DNA of 64,000 nucleotides, taken from positions 113,524,001-113,588,000 of the forward strand of contig NC_045697.1 of NCBI RefSeq assembly GCF_009834535.1, in the 5' to 3' direction. Shown one piece after another: positions 26,001 to 37,012 of this stretch (within the stretch, counting starts at the first letter, position 1; the number at the start of each line of letters is the position of its first letter). Below the pieces are notes generated by a model. The model saw only the letters and a list, made by a program, of their open reading frames with translations. It was not told the DNA's origin and did not search any database. This stretch comes from Camelus ferus. Lineage: Eukaryota. A program made the position numbers and the translations under genes.

Positions 26001-26632
26001 TATGTCTTCTGCACATAGTGGTGATCTAACTTCTTCCCTTCTAAAATGAAAGCATTTTATTTATTTTTATTGTCTGATTGCCCTGATTAGAACCTCCACT
26101 CAATGTTGTTTAGAAATGGCAGAGTACACCTTCTTATCTTCCAATCTTAAGCAAAAAACACTTTCTTTCACCATTAAGTAGGATGTTATTTATGGGTTTT
26201 CTATAAAATATACCCTTTATCAGGTTGAGAAAGTTCTCTTCTCTTTGTACTTTAAGTGTTTTATAACAAAAATCTATAGGATTTTGTCAAATGCTTTTTC
26301 TATATCTATTGAGATGATCATGTATTCTTTCCCTTTAGTCTATTAATACAGTGCCTTTTATTAATTGATTTTTCTATGTTGAAGTAGCAGTGCATACTTC
26401 CCTGGGTGATGATGTATAATCCTTATGCTGCTGGGTTCAGTTTGCTATTTTTTGAGGATTTGTGCATCTCTATTTATAAGAGATACTCTCATGTAGTTTT
26501 CTTTTCTTGCAATGTCTGTCTGTCTTTTGTGTCAGGGTACTATTGACCTTATAGAATACATTAGGAAGTATTTTCTCCTCTTGGATTTATTGGGAGTGAT
26601 TGAGAAGAATTGGTGTTAATTCTTTTTTTATA
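23080..26632 (-). mobile_element. Antisense L1 block (older L1 with an L1MB-like 3' end starting ~24665, plus ORF2 sequence)
   Basis: Continuous antisense L1 text, e.g. ttcatatagatagaatcatacaatatg; caggttgagaaagttc; tattgagatgatcatgt. Confidence 0.9.
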
Positions 26633-26659
26633 AGGTACAAGTCATACCATTTAAGGTCC

Positions 26660-26725
26660 TTGAGAAGACAATCCAGGATATGCTTCTCCTCTCAAGCCCC
26701 TTAATTTAATCAAATCTTTGCCATG
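26660..26725 (-). mobile_element. MLT1 (MaLR) LTR fragment
   Basis: aatccaggata...tctcaagccccttaatttaatc...ttgccatg. Confidence 0.55.
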
Positions 26726-27218
26726 ACTGGATAAAGAGGATGTTGGTATATATACAATGGAATACTACTCCAGCCATAAAAAAGAATGAAATAATGCCAT
26801 TTGCAGCAACATGGATGGACCTAGAGATTATCATATTGTGTGAAGCCAGACAGAGAAAGTAAATAGCATATATCACTTATATGTGGAATCTGAAAAAATA
26901 GATACAAATCTCATTTAAAAACCAAAAATAGACTCACGGACATAGAAAACAAACTATGGTTACCAAAGGGGAGAGGGCAGGATAAGTTAGGAATTTGGAA
27001 TTAACAGATACACACTACAATATATAAAATAGATAAACAAGAATGAGCTACTGTATAGCACAGGGAAACTTGTTCAATTTCTTGTAATAACATGTAACGG
27101 AAAAGAATCTGAAAACAAATATTTATGGATGTATATGTATAACTGAATTGCTTTGCTGAACACCTGAACTTAACATTATAAATCAAGCAGACTTCAAAAA
27201 AAATTAAAATAATAATAG
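26726..27218 (+). mobile_element. Younger L1 3' end with A-rich tail
   Basis: atggaatactact...gccatttgcagcaacatggatggacctagag...cttcaaaaaaaattaaaataataata. Confidence 0.92.
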
Positions 27219-27808
27219 TCAAGTAATTTCATTTTTTGACCATTTCTGCCATTTTAAAATATTTAATCATTTATCAGTTCTTGCTGTTTCTTCCTTAAAA
27301 ATGCACTTAAGCTCTCATATTCAAAGCCTGACCCTTAGGCAGCAGCTTTTAATGTATGTAAATAGACCTCTTTCTGGGAAAGACTGGGAAACGGGCCTTT
27401 GGGCTGCTCAGCTACCAGCCCTGTAAGGATAGCACTTAAGAACTACCTCTTCATTTGCTTGAGCCCTGCGGGGCTAATAAATGGAAGCCCTGTTGGATAT
27501 CAGAGCCAGAAGATCAGGGGACCTGTTCCTCGGGTGGCAGCTGCAAAAGCTAAGGTGCAAATGTGTATAGTGTCTACCAACTCCTTCTGTGGAAAGGCTG
27601 GTGACTTGGAGCAGGCTAGAGAGTGAAGCCACAAGAAGGTCAGTGTCTGCCAGCTTCCCTGGTCTCTGGGCGGGACTGCAGTCAGCCCCTAGATTTCTGC
27701 TAAGTTAGAAACCTGACCCTCAGGCAGTAGCTTTCCAAGTGTGGAAATAGACCCCATTCAGAGAAAGACTGGGAGATGGGCATTTTCTGCTTGCTCCTTC
27801 TGTATTAA

Positions 27809-28259
27809 CGTGACCCAGTGCGAGTTCATGTGCCCAACACACAGTGAGATCAAACACACAGAAACGTCAAAGCTTGGAGCAGAGAAATGTTTATTGCAGG
27901 ACCGAGCATGGAGAACAGGTGGCTTGTGCCCCCAAAACCCTAAACTCCCCGTGGGGTTTCAGCAAAGTATTTTTTAAAGCCAGATGAGTGATGGAGAGTC
28001 TCAGAGTATGTGACCAGCTCATGCATGATTCTCTGATTGGTTAATGTTGAGGTAACAGGGTGGTTAATATTATCAATCCTTAGATACCTGTCGGCCTAGG
28101 AGCTCATGATTATGAAGCAGTTAATTCCTTCCATTTGGCGGTGGTTTTAGCGTCTGTAAAGCAACTCGGGAAGTGTGCATCAGATGTGCTACCTAGAGAT
28201 GGAGCTTCCGCGGAGGAGCTGGGGGAGGGGTCTGCCCCAGGCAGGGCTGCTCCGTTACA
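27809..28259 (-). mobile_element. ERV1-type solo LTR
   Basis: Ends ...gttaca; flanks ttaa/ctaa; minus-strand AATAAA (tttattgc ~27890); ctgattggt; host sequence resumes across the insert. Confidence 0.85.
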
Positions 28260-28370
28260 CTAAGTCCTGGCAGAACAGCTACAGTGAGTGAGTGCTCCTT
28301 TGTTTGCTGTCATCCTAAGGGTCTTGTGGCCACAAGCCCCACTGGCTCTCAGGGTTAGGTGTTTTGGGGG

Positions 28371-28809
28371 TATTGAGCTGCACCTCACAATCCTATAAGG
28401 CTTACACCCATCCAGCTTCAAGACTGAAGAAAGAGCCCAGACTCAGCAACAGAGACATCAGTGGCTTAATGGATGGGGGAGCTTACATGCCTGAAGTCGG
28501 GTCCTGCAGCAACACCCAGCCGTGTGCAGTGGGCAGGACGTGGTGGTGTCAGTCTTCACTCCCAGGGGCCAGGGGAGGTTAGCAACTATCGGGGAATTGA
28601 TGTCAGGTTGGCTCATTTGTTACTAGGCAACCCAACAGAGGGAAATGCCCCTCACTGCCTCTTTGATAGGAACAATCATTAGCTGGGACCCAGGGCAAGT
28701 ATGTAGGAAGGGCAGTCATGTGCCCTGGGTGTACGTGAAGCAGGCGCTGGTTGAGCAGGGGATGGTCAGAGAGCAAGAGGACAGCTATCCTGAATGGCCT
28801 GACCACACA
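28371..28809 (-). mobile_element. ERV1-type solo LTR
   Basis: t(a)ttgagc...gaccacaca flanked by gggg/gggg 4-bp TSD; host repeat resumes after the insert. Confidence 0.8.
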
Positions 28810-29318
28810 GGGGCCATCTCACAGGAGGGGGTCTTCGAAGTTGGGATGCTAGATGTGGGGTCCAAGCCCTTCACTCCCCAGGGAGGAGCTGGGGGTTGGA
28901 GGTGTCCTTCCAGTTGTGTGGCACTGTGCTGGGGTGGGGTTTATGACGCAGCGTGTCTCAGCCTTTCCCACCCATCCCTATGCATGTATTTTTCAGTTTG
29001 CCTGGTGTGTAGGAGTCGCTCAGCTAGTTTCTGGATTTCTTTCAGAGCAAATTGCACCATGTGTAATTGTATGTCTGGCACATTTGTAGGAGGAGGGGAT
29101 TTCAGGAGCCTGTGTGTCACCATCTTTACAGCTCGCCCTGTTTACATGTCGATATTGTAACACTTATGAAATTGAGGGTTGGATTTTGTTGTTTCCTTAA
29201 ATAATGTTGGATGTTGTTTTAGGAGGCACTTACGTTATTTGTAATAAATATGATTTTTAAAGCGTATAAGAAGCATTTTGGGTTGGTTTAGATTAATATT
29301 TAATCTACAGTCCTCGCT

Positions 29319-30254
29319 TGCAGGTGAAAAATTTTGAAGGAACAGGTAACAAATTCGCTCTCCTGCTGCTAAAACTGCTTGCTGATTTTTTTCTAAGAAG
29401 TCCTGCAGTTTGCTTTCTCTCCCTTACTGCTTTTGTGTTCAACAACCTCCAAAATCTTCCCTTACATTCTTTAACCCAGAGGCTGTGCTCTAGGAAGAAG
29501 GTAATGGGCTGATAATCTCACAAGAATGGACAGACCCTCCGCTGTTCCCCCATGATGCCAGAAAGATTCATCTAGGTTAAGAGGAATGTAGCAGCATCCT
29601 GTAAAGTGCCCTGATAGTTACCACCGTTTTCTATTTGAGCCAGTTTTTCTATAAAACCTCAAGATCCCAACCCCAAGAGGGATTCACAGTCTCTAAGGCA
29701 TTAGCCCCTGTAACTCCCCTTTGCCTGACAAAGCAATAAATCTGCTCTTTTCTGATTCTTTCAAAACTCTGCCTCCAAGTCTCAATCTGGCTTTCCGGGG
29801 GTGCAGAGGCCAGTTTTGCAACAACACCACTTGTCATATTAGTAAACAGAGGGTGTTTGACCACCAAGTCTTCAGTCAATGCAGCCACCACCAAAAGTGG
29901 ACCCCGAAGGGATTCAGGATGGAAAAGAAGAAGATACTGACCTTGGATACTTAAGGTGCATATCAAAGGAATTGGTTTCAATATATCCAGATTCTTGTAC
30001 CTTCCCACATAGAAAAGTGGTAAATTCATTAACTTGAGGTGACTGGTTGTCTTTAATTAATAATAATCTTTTGATATTCGGACTACCTGGTTTTTGTTTG
30101 TCGTTCTGTATATCCTGGTTGCTCCTTTCCTCTTCAGAGCTGTCCCTCAGAGCGATCTGAGAGGCTGTCTTCCGGGTATATGTCCTCAGAATGTCTTCTG
30201 AGTAAAACGTAATTCTCAACTTTTTGGTTGTGCATTTTTTTTTTTCATTTGACA
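29319..30254 (+). mobile_element. Solo LTR, family B copy 1 (interrupted by a nested LTR)
   Basis: tgcaggtgaaaaa...atattagtaaac...ttttcatttgaca; TSD cgct/ccct; homologous to the copies at 40844 and 43254. Confidence 0.85.
29332..29823 (+). mobile_element. Nested ERV1-type solo LTR
   Basis: TATAAAA at ~29650, AATAAA at ~29734, ends gaggccagttttgcaaca; TSD not cleanly readable. Confidence 0.75.
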
Positions 30255-31199
30255 CCCTACTGATAAAGGTGACTCTTCATGAATTCTGCTGGATGCTTCA
30301 GGTGTTTAACAGACCCTTCATCCATCTTGATAATGTGAAAGATCCCAGCCTGTGTTAATCCTATGAACTATTTAGTTTAGAGCTTCCCCTGTATCCTTTC
30401 TCCGCCTCATGGATTTTCATGGTATACATATGCAGCTTAGGACTCAGCAAAATCCTCACGGACCTTCTAAGAGGATTTCTGTAGCTCTTTTTCCTCTTGG
30501 TCTTTTCTCTTTTGACTTCTGCTATAAAAATTCCACCCTCCTGAGTCTTCCTAAATTCTAATCTCTTTCTCCTCAACTCAGTGTGAACCCTCATGTTCTG
30601 CTTGGAGTCCCATCTGTGCTTCACAATTCAAACTCCCACCAGGCAGAAAACTGAAGAAATTATAGAGTTTCTCTTATTTGCTTATTTTCTCTCCAGGATC
30701 TTGATATCATACCATCTGTTGTCCAATGTCAGAAAATAGTTGCTTTATATATTTTGTCCTATTTCCAATATTTTATGGCAAAAGGATGTCTGATCACACT
30801 TACTTCCTTATGACCATAAGCCAACATTTTGTCAACTACATTTTATTCTAGAAATAAGTACATTATTCATTCTGTATATAAAGAGAAATGAATAGCAATA
30901 ATATTTCAAAAATTATTGTTTCCAAGAAATATGAGTCTACATTGAGAATGAAGAGTATAAACTTAGAAAACAAAAAGAGTGAGATATACTAAGTCCAAGT
31001 TTGCAAAACAAAAATTTGGGACAGAGGAATTCTAATTAGAGTTTATTTTGGTGGATTACATTTAAATTTTAAAAAAGGAGAATTTTAGAGTGGATGTGTT
31101 TATAATAAAGAATTAGGGACATCACAGCATGAGGGAAAATATTACAGTCATGAACTGTCCTGAAACTTGAAGAGCCTGCCCCCATAAATATATATTTTC

Positions 31200-31610
31200 T
31201 ATTAATTTGTTAGTTTATTAAATATTTATTTGTTTCAAGTGTTCTAAGAGCTACTCCAGACATTGAATATATAAAATTAAGTAAGAGAAATCAGTAACAT
31301 CCTCAATAAGCTGACGTTCTCTTGGTAGATGTGATAGCAAACTAAAAAGTGATGAAATAATTTCGAATTATGATAAATCCTAGAAAAACAACAGGAAAAT
31401 GTGCTGGAGCATTACTAAGATAGAGGGAAGTAGCTGCTATAGCCAGTTTTGTTAGAAAAAAGGCTTCTCTGAGGAGCTGATATTCTTTCTGGCTGAAGAA
31501 AAAGACCAAGTGAAGATTTAGGGAAAGAACATCCAAGCGCAGAGAAGAACAAGCGTAAAAGTCCAGAGATGGAACTAGATTGATGTATTTCTGAGTTCAA
31601 AAATTAGAAA
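31200..31610 (-). mobile_element. LINE-2 3' region
   Basis: aaatatttatt...aggcttctctgaggagctgata...gaaagaacatccaagcgcagagaagaacaagc. Confidence 0.7.
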
Positions 31611-31629
31611 TAAGACTTTCCTAAAAGAG

Positions 31630-31985
31630 AGGGTGTTATGCTGAGGGAAATGTCAGACACAGAAAGACAATTACTGTGTTACATCACTTATATGTGAAAT
31701 CTAAAAAAATGAAAGAAACTAGTGAACATAACAAAAAAGAAAGAGACTCAGGTATAGAGAAGAAATTAATTTGATACCAGTGTAGAGAGGGAAGGGGGAG
31801 GGGCAAGATAGGGTTAGTGGATTAAGAAATTAATACAAACTACTACATATAAAATAGATAAGCAACAAGGATGTATTGTACAACACCGGGAATATCACAG
31901 TATTTTACAATAACTATAAATTGAATATAACTTTAAAAAATTGTGACTCACTATGTTGTTCACCTGAAACATATAATACTGAATC
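31630..31985 (+). mobile_element. L1 3' UTR fragment
   Basis: tcagacacagaaagacaa...atcacttatatgtgaaatctaaaa...cacctgaaac. Confidence 0.9.
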
Positions 31986-34189
31986 TTAGTATCTTCATCT
32001 GTAAAAAGAGGCAAAATATCTCATTTGCAAATGTATTTTGACTATGTTAAATAACATTAACATTTTAATATTTTAAATAATTGAATAATATTCAATTCTT
32101 AGGCTAAAAATAATGTGTTTAAACAATTAAAATAACTACTGTTATTTTAAAGCTTTTTCTGGATAACTCAGTATATTTTATTTCATCAATGATTGGATCA
32201 AAGTTCTTGCTGTGGAATGAAAATTTTGAAAACAGGGTAAATAAACAAGCTTTGTTCTTAAAAAGAATCCACTTACTGGGAATGGTTTTAAATCTATCAC
32301 AGATAATGTTCCTGATAACTCTTACATCTGGTGACAAAGGGTAGAGCATAAGCAATTTATGTGATACTCAAAAGGCAAAGTCATTTTTTAAAGCTAGTCT
32401 TTACAATTATGGCTTTTTTTTGCTTTTCCATTTTTTATCTTGAGAGGACATATTAAATGACCTGTTAAAAAGAGCCTTTTGCACTTTATTTTGATAGTTT
32501 TAATAAAATACCAAGCTATATGGTATTTATAGACTTAAATTTCCTTTTAACTCTTGAGAAGTACAGTAAATAACATAAAGAATTAACAGAAATGAATTGA
32601 GATAGCGTAACAATTGTCCAAATGATTGCTTTAAATAAATCATTTGTCTGTTAATTCTTATATTTAAATTATTTGTCATTCTGCAGATGAAAATTTCAGA
32701 TTTCCTTTTCTCCCCCTGTTGCTCTAACAAGCAAATTACCTTTATATTTTTTCTTCTAGTGTTAAATTGGCAAAGTTCAGGGTAGAAGTGTTGAAGTGCA
32801 GTTAAATGCAGGAGTTTTCAGAGATTGCCATGAGGGTGTATTAAGACTGGATTCAATTTCAAAGTTGTACATGGTTTTTAGGAAGTTTGATTTATCTCTG
32901 CCTGCTAAATTATGTACTATTTTATAGTGTGAATTTCATTTAGTTTAATTTAGGCAAAGTATCCTTAACTGCTCTTGAATTAAGCATACAGAGAAGCATA
33001 AATCCAAGCATCATAAATTCTAAGAACTCAAAAGAAGAGTTAAAATATGCTTAACTTGGCTAGGACCCCTAAAGAAGGAGGAGCAAATGTCTGTTCATCA
33101 TAAGAGTGTATTTTTTCTTTTTGATACTCCAGAATTTTTAACATTGACAAAACTTTACTTAAAGATTGGTACATTTCCAACTATCCCCAAAGAAGTTAAC
33201 CCAAAGAGGTTGGAAATGATGAAAAACCTTTTTTTCTCAATTGATCTGAGGTGTCCTACAAACAGTTCTTCGTGGAATAAAATGCATTTTTGAGGCATTA
33301 GCACATTTCTTCTCTCACAATTTAAGTTCCCCTTTCTTCATGAAGATCTTGACAAGGAAAATAACATTGATCAAGTTAAGTATCTTGACAAAGGAAAAAA
33401 AAAAAAAACCTTAAAAAAAAGCATACATATGAACTTTTCCATTTTTTATATTATATTAGGAAAGAAGTTGTAGTAAAGTTTATGAACACAACTATTTCTG
33501 GTTTTTTAAGGGGTTTATTAAAATTCTGACTGATTCTACTCTTCAGATGTATGGAAATGAGAGAAAAATGATGTCACCATGTTTCTAAACCTCCAAGCAC
33601 TGCACTAGAAACCCAGAGTAATGACTTTGTAGCACTTAGTTTGAACTGGGCACACATGTGCTTAAATTCTTAGGTCCATTTTTCTAAACGCTGTTTCCCT
33701 AAATAAAACAAAACATAGATTAGCGACTGTTTCTGGGAATGGGGCTTTAAAATAGAATAAAGCTGGAGAAAGTAAATCTCTGATTCTGATTTAACATCGA
33801 GGGAAATGGAGAATGAAGAGAAAGTCTGGCCTCTGATACAAGAAATGAAGAAGGGCTGGTCCTACTGTGGTGATACTGGGACCTTTCTTAGAAGTTGAGT
33901 GTGATACGCTTGGGATATCTTTTATCAATGCAATACTTTGAGTACTAACCAGATAACTGACTTTCCCAAAGTGGGAAAATTGATGGGCACCTTTCATGTT
34001 AAATTTCACGGTAAGAAACAGAAAAACTAGAAATAACAGTGGATTTTAAAAGTTTCGTCTCATGTCAAAGGATCCAAGGCAAGAAATAGAAGTTAACTTA
34101 CGTTGATTTTCAGTTGTCAAGGACACGAGTTGCTGTGCTGTATTGCTTCATCGTTTACCTTATCCTTTCGTATCATGCAGCTGTGGCAT

Positions 34190-36745
34190 CTTTGGGTTAG
34201 TATCAAGTTAATTTCAATAGTGTACAAAAACTGCACCACCATTTCTAACTTTTTTATACCCTTATTATCACAAATTGCATCTGTGTACATTTTCTGATGT
34301 AAATATATATTTATAATTATTGTTCTCTGCAGATTTTTTTAAATGGTTGAAAAAATGCAAATGGAAAATATATTTCTGCTATTTTTTATTCTTCCTCATG
34401 CAGTTACCTTCCTTGATGCTCTGTATTGCCTCACGTGACTCTGAGTTAATATTTAGTGTTCTTCCATTTCAGCATGAAAAAAATAATTTTAATATGATTG
34501 TATCAGAATTGTAACAGATTGTATTTATGTTATGATTCTGCATCATTGGTGATTATTTATGATCATGTATTGTATGATACAATTTAATAAGGTTGTGTCA
34601 GATTGTAATAGAATCTCAGCTTGTTTTTTTTTTTTTAAATCAGAGATTGTGTTAATTTCTCTTTGATTTTTAAAGGATAGTCTCCCTGAGTGTAATATTC
34701 TTAGTTGATGGGTTGCTTTATATTTATTTATTTTCAAAATTTCAGGACTTTGAATACGTTTTCACACTGCCTTATGTCATCACCATCTTTGATGAGAAAT
34801 CAGTTATGATTATTGAGGATCTTTTGTTCAACATAAGCCACTTTCTCCCGATGCTTGTTAAGATCCTCTTCGTATTCGGCTTTCAGTAGTTTAACTGTAA
34901 TTGCCGAAGCTTGGATCATTTTGAGTGTAGCCAACTTAGAGTTTATTGACCTTCCTGAATGTGTAGATTAGTTTTTCATCAAATTATTATGGATGCTTTC
35001 TGCCACTATTTCTTCAGATATCTTTTCTGCTCCTTTCTATTTATCCTCTTCTGGGATTCCCATTAGGCATAAGTTGATAAGTTTGATGGTATCCCACAGG
35101 TTTCTTAAGTTTTGAATATTTTTCTTCATTCTTTTATTTCTTTCTGTTTCTAGGGTAGAATAATCTAAATTGACCTATCTTTAACTTCATTGACTCTTTC
35201 TTCCTTTCTTCCTCTTGATTAAATTTGTTGTTATGTCCCCACAACAAATTTTTAATTTTAGCTATTTTAACTTTCAACACCAAAATTTGCACGTTGTTCT
35301 TTTTTTATTATTATTTCTAACTCTCTATTTATATTCTTTACTTGATAAGATATTTTTCTTATACTTTTTTAAAAATTTTTTTAAAAGACTGTATCTTTTA
35401 GATTTTTGCATGTATTTAAATTTTTTTGATTTAAAATCTCTGTCTAGTAAGTCTAATGTCTCTGTTTCCTCACGAAAACTTTCTATTACTTTATATTTTT
35501 TTCTGTGTATGGGCCATACTTTGTTTATTTGGATGCCCCATATATATATATATATATATTTTTTTTTTTGGTTTGTTTAAAACAGTAAATTTTAAATAAT
35601 AGAATGAAGTAACTCTAGAAACCAGATGTTCTAGAAACTCTTCTGTCTTCCAGAGTTTATTGTTGTTCCTTATTGTAGCTGTTGTAGTCTGTTTAATGAT
35701 TTTTCTTGATGAATTCTGTGTACTCCGCATTAATTATCATGTGTGGCCACTGAATTCTCTACTCAATTAGCTAAGTCATCAGTGAATAATATCATATATT
35801 CAGAGATTTCCTTAAGTGCCGGGAACCAGTAAATTTCCCAACATTTACCAATGAGCTCTGCGTGTGTTGTCTTCAGCACTGAGCCAGGTAGTTTAAAACT
35901 TGGCTCAGCCTCTTCAGGTTTTGCTTACACAGAGTAGCAAGAGCAACTGGAAGTGAAATCTTAGGACCTTCTGAGGTCTCTCCTGGGCAAGTGCACATCT
36001 CAATTTATTTGCATGGATTTGTTGATTCCCAGAAATATGCTGGAGCTTTTTAAAGTTCTTGTAGATATCTTATTTCTCAGCTTTTGCTATTAGGTTTTTT
36101 GGTTAGACTATTGTTTATTCCACCCATTACCCATTGGTTCAAATAGCCATGCCTTTAAAACAGCTGCCAGTAAGTATTTTCAGCAAAAGCCAGCCTATGA
36201 GCAGCTTTTGGCTCTGAGCAAGCTCTGACTCAGATTTAATAAAGACAAGCCTTTTAAGCAGCTCTGCCAAGGAGCCATGAGACATGTAAAATAATAACAA
36301 TTCTTTGTGAATTATGTTCATTCTGCTCTCACCAGCACTGGGAATCTGTACTGCTATTTCTAATACTGCCATTGAGCTAAGAGGCAGGGGATGGGTCTTT
36401 AGCAAGTTAAAATACCTTAGAATTTATTTTTCTTATCTATCTTCTGCTATCATTCTTATATAAATGTTTCCTAGGTTGCTGAGAGCTACTGGTTAATTTC
36501 ATGAGTTCTGAAAATTTTTGTTCTGACAATTGTTGCGTGTTTTTTACTGTTTTTGGAAAGGCACATTTTCAGAGGTTCTTTTTTATTGATGTATAGTTGA
36601 CTTACAATAATATTTTAGTTGTGCAACATAGTAATTTGATATTTTTATAGATTATACTCCATATAAAGTTATTATAACATATTAGCTATATTCCATGTGC
36701 TGAATTCCGAAGTTCTTACTAGGTTATTTTTGCTGATGTCCCCCC
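34190..36745 (-). mobile_element. Old L1 (ORF1/5' region)
   Basis: tttgatgagaaatcag...ctgggattcccattaggcat...gatggtatcccacagg antisense L1 text. Confidence 0.8.
36581..36704 (-). mobile_element. 5'-truncated young L1 3' tip with TSD
   Basis: ttttattgatgtatagttgacttacaat...ttccatgtgctg flanked by ttcagaggttctt (36568) / ttccgaagttctt (36705). Confidence 0.8.
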
Positions 36746-37012
36746 AGTCATGACATCATAATACAGCCATAATAAAGGGAGAAGGGGCAAAGAATGGCAG
36801 GAGCTGACTCTAAGAACATTTCCAACATGTTGGACACAATGCTTTTCCATTTATATGGTTGGCCAAAATTGGTCACATGCCACATGTAGCTGTGAGGCAG
36901 GCTGAGAAACATTATTTACTTACAGTGGCCATACACCCTGCTAAAAATCAGGGTCCTATTGTTAAGCAAACAGAAGAAAATAATTATTAGGGCAGACAAA
37001 GGCAGCTGCAAG
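36746..37012 (-). mobile_element. MLT1J-like MaLR LTR fragment
   Basis: ttggccaaaattggtcacatgccacatgtagctgtgaggcaggctgagaaa. Confidence 0.75.

Larger units (their letters stand above)
27225..29135 (-). mobile_element. L1 5' region with internally repeated unit, interrupted by two solo LTRs
   Basis: cctgacccttaggcagcagc...aaatagacc...aaagactggga at ~27327 and ~27712; ends gtcaccatctt. Confidence 0.65.
29140..30830 (-). mobile_element. Old L1 5'-region relic hosting the nested LTRs
   Basis: tctttctcctcaactcagtg...gcagaaaactg...tgtccaatgtcagaaaatagttgc typical of antisense old L1. Confidence 0.6.

Noticed and set aside
28371..28809. Processed pseudogene (GC-richer insert with ORFs)
   Set aside because: No poly(A) tail or long TSD; it has LTR-like termini and a 4-bp TSD.
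28645..29160. Longest ORF in the track (171 aa)
   Set aside because: Runs across an LTR/L1 junction, has no recognisable domain, and is Cys/Ser-rich as typical of repeat-derived chance ORFs.
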